Of a stretch of DNA of 64,000 nucleotides, positions 57,776-64,000 are shown in pieces. Position 1 is the first letter of the stretch, and each line of letters begins with the position of its first letter. The notes below the pieces were generated by a model. The model was not told the origin of the DNA, searched no databases, and saw nothing but the letters and a program-made list of their open reading frames with translations. This DNA comes from Octopus vulgaris (lineage: Eukaryota): the NCBI GenBank assembly GCA_951406725.2, contig OX597833.1, positions 63,860,001 through 63,924,000 on the forward strand. Direction: 5' to 3'. A program made the position numbers and the translations under genes.

Positions 57776-58555
57776 ACATTTTAACACCTATAAGTATTCG
57801 AACTCAGAGCGTCAGAAGCAAGCAAATAAACTCCGCAAACGATTCCTCCCTGATGCTCTACCTATTTTGTCGGTCCACCGCATCTGAGATCTAACAACGC
57901 TGGCCTACGTTTGGACGGATTGAACGCCAACGAAGAAAAAAAGGTGTACCTTTATGGCAGGTATTATTGAAGCTCGTGAATAATTTAGATCGATCTGCTT
58001 CTCATATACATATCCTCACACCCAGCAATAATCAAATTAAAGACACTGTACTGTTTGAATGAGGAAATCAATACTTGGATGTCTTTACTTGCTGGAGGCC
58101 ATACTTTAGATAAATATATCAAAGACTCTACAGCGTTCGATCTGCTCTGGTTGCAGCCATCTGGAAACAGTGAAATCATAGCTATTATAGTGCAAAGTGA
58201 TAATGCATTCTTTAAAAGTTTTCGACATGTTGAATGGTCATAATTCTAATATAAATACACAGGATTGGGAAGGGAGAGGTGGGAAGGTGAGAAAGGAAAG
58301 AGAGAGAGAGAGAGAGGGGGAGAGAAATAATGCAAGAGTGAGGAAGAAAAGAAAGAGAGAAAGAAAGCCATAGGGTGTGATTGATGGGGGTAAAAGATGG
58401 AGATAGAAAGAAGGGAAAGAGAGAGAGAGAGAAAGCCATAGGGTGTGATTGATGAGGGTAAAAGATGGAGATAGACATTCAGCACATATCTACAAACGAG
58501 GATATATATATATGTATGTATGTATATATATATATGTATATATATGAATACATAC

Positions 58556-58608
<53 letters not shown>

Positions 58609-58960
58609 CAAATTTAAAATGAATTCATTTCCATTTGTATCACACAAACAGCTCACTCACACACATACACACACGCAAACATATAAACATGCAAGGACAA
58701 CCAATCGAACAAAGCTGTATTCACTTTTCGCATATACACATATGCGTGTGCATGAGTGCATGTATATGCATATGAACACATTCACAAGCACATATAGAAT
58801 GATACTGTAGAAAAATTTGTGCTTAAACTGGCTTACTCTATATTATAAGATTATGTGTGTGTGCATATATGTGTACGTGTTTACACTTTTTCGAGATCTT
58901 TTCGTCACTGGAAAAAACGATATATGTGCTTGCATTGGGATTCCTTCGCTTCGAAGACCG

Positions 58961-59019
58961 GTGATTGTCGTGTGCTGACGAAGGGTAAATAGCCAGAAAC
59001 GCGGGTCCGTGCGTATCAC
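58961..59019 (+). ncRNA. Type I hammerhead ribozyme motif with extended stem I
   Basis: GTGAT..CGTGTG-CTGACGA-A-GGGTA(AA)TAGCC-A-GAAAC-GCGG-GTC|CGTGCG-T-ATCAC; predicted cleavage after 59007. Confidence 0.65.
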
Positions 59020-59320
59020 GTCAGGTCGACGATGGGAAGGATGGCTTCCCTTTGCAAATACTCATAGGGCACAGAGAGTGTGTCAATAGCCAGCTGAAGA
59101 AGATGTTTTCCTGGGGATACAAACTACAGTAGCATCCACCCTTAAGAGGGTTAGCCACATTTAAGTGGCAAATATACTTCACATTGTGATGCAGCTACTG
59201 TTTATACCTCGCTCAGAGATTTATTATATATGTATAAATATATACCAAAGTAACCACTTAGATCTGAAACATGGTTGGGAAAATAGTACTCGAATAACGG
59301 AGGTAGAGAAATATACCTTA

Positions 59321-59506
59321 TATTATTATTAAACCTGGAAAAACATCACAAAATATCACAAAAAACTGCAACTCAGATTTTCCCGTATCCGTTGCTCCGA
59401 GAGTTTAGTTTGAAAATCTAAACTGTCTGACGAACGGGATCGTGAAAGAACGCGTAGCAGATTTTAGTGATAGTGTTGTAATGTTTTTGCAGTTTTAATA
59501 ATAATA
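59321..59506. mobile_element. Diverged fold-back element with an HHR motif in the right arm (59423-59460)
   Basis: Arms ~59321-59408 and ~59418-59506 are imperfect reverse complements; motif CTGT-CTGACGA-ACG(GGAT)CGT-GAAA...GTA-GCAG. Confidence 0.65.
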
Positions 59507-59679
59507 AAGAATATATACATAATTATATATATATATATATATATAATTATGTATATACATATATATATAATTATATATATGTGTGTGTGTGTGTGTGTGT
59601 ATGGTAGCAACTCACCAACTGTATCTAACGTGCAGCGAAAACGAAATGTAAATCTGGTGTGTTTTGAAGCATGTTACGT

Positions 59680-59770
59680 CACCTGACGAGGCTTACTGCA
59701 TCTGATGTCATTGCATCGTCCCACACCCACTAGGAAGCAATGCAAAATGAAACCGAAACGATTGTAGAGC
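59680..59770 (+). ncRNA. Degenerate type I hammerhead motif with a long stem II
   Basis: CTGACGA at 59683-59689, GGCTT...TGCAT...ATGCA...AAACC, then GAAAC-GATT-GTA; stem I is weak. Confidence 0.5.
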
Positions 59771-59850
59771 TAATAGAGCTTCTAGTTACACTGTGTCTTC
59801 CTTACCAATCATTTAACATATATATATGTGTGCGTGTTTGTATGTATGTA

Positions 59851-59886
<36 letters not shown>

Positions 59887-60291
59887 TGTGTGTATTCATA
59901 TAAACAAAGAGATGATACAGGAAGAACAAAATGTCTTGCAATGAATTTATTTTGCTTACAGCTGTTTCTTCATCAAAAACTTGAATATGATGTGCACTTT
60001 AATTCGGAAGGTTATATACAAACATACGTACATACATACATACTTATATACATACGTACAAATATACATGGCGTGGTTTTCCTGTAGTCGCATTCCCTAT
60101 ACATTTTGATATTACACACACGCACACACACACACACACATACAAACACATATAGGCTATGAGATGTATTGGTGTCAAGCAGACCCAAAGGTGTTAGGTA
60201 ATGGTGAGTAAGTGCTATGGACAGACTATAGTTAAGCTCCAGGTTCGATAATGATATGAATGAGGTATCCATCGTGGGTCGTGTATTAGCA

Positions 60292-60335
<44 letters not shown>

Positions 60336-60544
60336 TTTATATACAGATATATGTGTGTGTGTATAACTATGATTGTATGGAAATAATTCTATTCGTAGGC
60401 AGTTTTCTTATCCGTTGACCAATCACTTCTGACATACGTAAACATAACGCCTGAAATACGCATTGGCTTACGAATAGATGTCTACCTATGCAGATGAGTG
60501 TATATCCATATCTACATATATTGCATATATATATATTTATATAT

Positions 60545-60750
<206 letters not shown>

Positions 60751-61835
60751 TGTGTGTGTGTGTATAAATATGTGTGTGTGTATAAACACACGTATATATA
60801 AATTTGTATTCCTTTAGGCTGATGGAAAATTTCATTGAAAAGCATGTGTACTGTACATAAATGCTTCCGTACATAGATACATATATGTATGTATGTTTGT
60901 ATGTATGTTTGTATGTATGTATGTATGTATGTATGTATATGTGCGTATGTATACATATATAAATACACACACACACACACATACACACGCACATATATAT
61001 ATATATGTATATACGTAGATATAATTATATATAAACATATATGTATATATATATGAATACACACACACATACATATATATATATTATATACGTGTACATA
61101 ATACGTATACATTTGTGATATAATGCCTCTATACATGTGTGAGTTGAGTGTGTGTATCTGCATGTGTGTATGTATATTGGCCTGTGTATCATATACGCGT
61201 ATATGCCTCCGTGTGTATGTGTGTGTCTATGGACACTTGCTTGGTAGCGTCTGTGTTGCATTTGTTACAGAAAAATAGGATTTCTTTTAGTTTTCTGTTG
61301 CTGCCTGTTTTTGTTCTTTCTTTCCTTTCTTGCCTTCCTTCCTTCTTTCTTTCGTTCCTTGCTATTGTTTTTGTTTTTGTTTTTGTTTTTTCTTCCTTTC
61401 AAGTTCTCTGATCCCCACATAGTTCTCATTGATGTTCGCAATCTGATTATAATCGCTTTAGCAATCCTTGTCATGATATCACAACTGAATTGCAGCAGGT
61501 AGTTTCTGTGTTTCCAGGCAGCAGTGGAGTAGGTGAACAAACACAAGAACAGAACAAGTAAAAAAAAAAAAAAAAAAGAGAGAAAGAAAGAAAAGAAACA
61601 ATAACCAGAAGAACAATACGCGTATTACACGAACAATGCACAACTACAAAAGCGAAAGTGAAACTACACACAAACCCATGTGTACGCAGACTGAAACATA
61701 CATATAAACAATTATACACACGCACAAGCATATTCTCGAAAATACTCGTACTTAAAAACTCAAGAGATGAAGGCACACCCGAAACGATAGCGTATTAACC
61801 AAATTATACAAACATACCTAGATACATGCGTATAT

Positions 61836-61894
<59 letters not shown>

Positions 61895-61919
61895 CATATA
61901 TTTATATATATATATATAA

Positions 61920-61972
<53 letters not shown>

Positions 61973-61991
61973 TTTATATATATATATATAA

Positions 61992-62033
<42 letters not shown>

Positions 62034-62134
62034 TGCTACGTGTTGTTTTGAATACAATGTCGTTACATGGGAAACAGCGGAAATTATAATACTAGAAGCT
62101 ATAGATGCAAAAACAAATTCAGTTGTTGTTCTGT

Positions 62135-62213
62135 ATTGCTACTGTTGTTGTTGATATTGTTATTATAATTATTGTTGTTGTTGTTGTTGTTGTTATTATC
62201 ATCATTATTATCA

Positions 62214-62292
<79 letters not shown>

Positions 62293-62371
62293 CATTGTTA
62301 TTACTGCTAATAATATTACTGATATGGCTTTTTAGCTTTTCTGTGTCTATGTGTTCATATATACATGTGCG

Positions 62372-62435
<64 letters not shown>

Positions 62436-62532
62436 CACAAATATGTGTATATATATATTTATATATATACATATATATACATGTATATATATATACATGC
62501 ATATGTACATGTATATGCATATATATATATAT

Positions 62533-62618
<86 letters not shown>

Positions 62619-62688
62619 ACGTTTATATCTAAACATACGAAGCGTATACGGATATATATGCTCATATATATGTATGTATATGTATATA

Positions 62689-62726
<38 letters not shown>

Positions 62727-63078
62727 TGTGTATAAATGTGTGTGTATGTCTACCTGTGCGTGTTTGTATGTGTGTGTGCGTTTGTGTATGCGTCCGTGCG
62801 CTCGCGCGTGCGCGTGTGTAGATTTTTCAGAGACGTCTCCCGATGCAACAGAATAAACAGGATCGATGTCGTTGCTACGGGTAAGGAGGAGGACGATGCT
62901 GAAGATGATTAATATAACATAATGCTACAACTGGTGGTGTTAATGATGATGATGATGATGATGGTGGTGATGTAAATGATGACAACCTCGTCAATGCTGA
63001 TGTTGGTGTCACTGTCGCTGTTATTGATGATAATGATGATGATGATGATGATTGTGATCTTGATAACAGGGATGATTG

Positions 63079-63110
<32 letters not shown>

Positions 63111-63310
63111 GTAATCATGATGAAGATAACAAAAATATAATAACGACGACGATGTAATAGTGGTAGTAATAGTAGTAGTAGTAGTAGCAGCAGTAGTAGT
63201 AGTATTAGTGGAAGTAGTAGTAGTAGTAGTAGCAGTAGTAGTAGTAGTAGAAGCAATTGTAATAGTAGTGTTGGTCTTCGTCGTAGTCATCGTGGTCGTA
63301 TTATTAATTA

Positions 63311-63377
<67 letters not shown>

Positions 63378-63386
63378 CATTAATAA

Positions 63387-63421
<35 letters not shown>

Positions 63422-63570
63422 TCAGTAGTAGCTGTGGTGGTGGTCTTCGTCGTCGGCATCGTGGTCGTATTATTCTTCTTCTCCTTCTTCTTCTTCTTAT
63501 TATTATTATCATCATTATTATTATTAGTAGTAGTAGTGGTAGTAATAGTTGCAGTGGTGGTTTTCATGAT
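62135..63570. repeat. Dense trinucleotide and dinucleotide microsatellite field
   Basis: (TTG)n, (TTA)n, (TA)n, (GAT)n and (TAG)n runs. Confidence 0.95.
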
Positions 63571-64000
63571 TTGCATTTAGTAAGAACAAGTTCATCAGCT
63601 TATGAATTTGTTTATATGTGATTATGAACCGAAATATGTGTGTCTCAGCCAAGAAGAGGCTTTGCGCAGCATTTGGGACTGAGCTACATGGCAGAAAATC
63701 TACAATCCTATTGCAATATCTCTCGCTATCTGATGCTCTCTCTTTCTCTCTATCTCTGCGCACATACACACATACACACACAAACACAAACAGAGACATA
63801 CACCATACACATACACACACATATAAATACCGCTTCATGGAGACACGTAAAAACACATATAGGAATACATACATAAATACATATGGGTGTGTGTATGTGT
63901 GTGTATGTGTATGTATATGTATGTGTGTGTATGTGTGTATGTTTGTTTGAGTGTATACATAGATATATATATATACATATCATTCGGCATTCCAGAAGCC

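Overview
This is AT-rich eukaryotic DNA, intronic or intergenic, dominated by microsatellites: (TA)n, (CA)n, (TACA)n, (TCTA)n, (CCTA)n, (TAA)n, (TAG)n and (GAA)n. The repeat content most resembles an octopus (coleoid cephalopod) genome; that assignment is from recall, not a database search. Almost all ORFs in the supplied track are translations of microsatellites or SINEs. No complete protein-coding gene can be supported, only a few short candidate exons. Between the microsatellites lie at least five tRNA-headed SINE families (labelled A, B, C, D and F here), a non-autonomous Helitron, MITE-like fragments and many Penelope-like element (PLE) relics. The main hidden signals are: (1) about ten minimal type I hammerhead ribozyme (HHR) motifs of the PLE-associated kind, one of them present in both arms of a near-perfect 318-bp inverted repeat at 32146-32849; (2) a tRNA-headed, Pol III-type SINE at 56485-56940 (-) that carries an intact minimal hammerhead near its 3' end, i.e. 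a candidate ribozyme-bearing SINE or retrozyme; (3) head-to-tail multimers of SINE B with the same junction at four loci, two of them flanked by target-site duplications (TSDs), implying that the multimers retrotranspose as units. All ribozyme calls come from motif reading and hand folding; none has been tested for activity.
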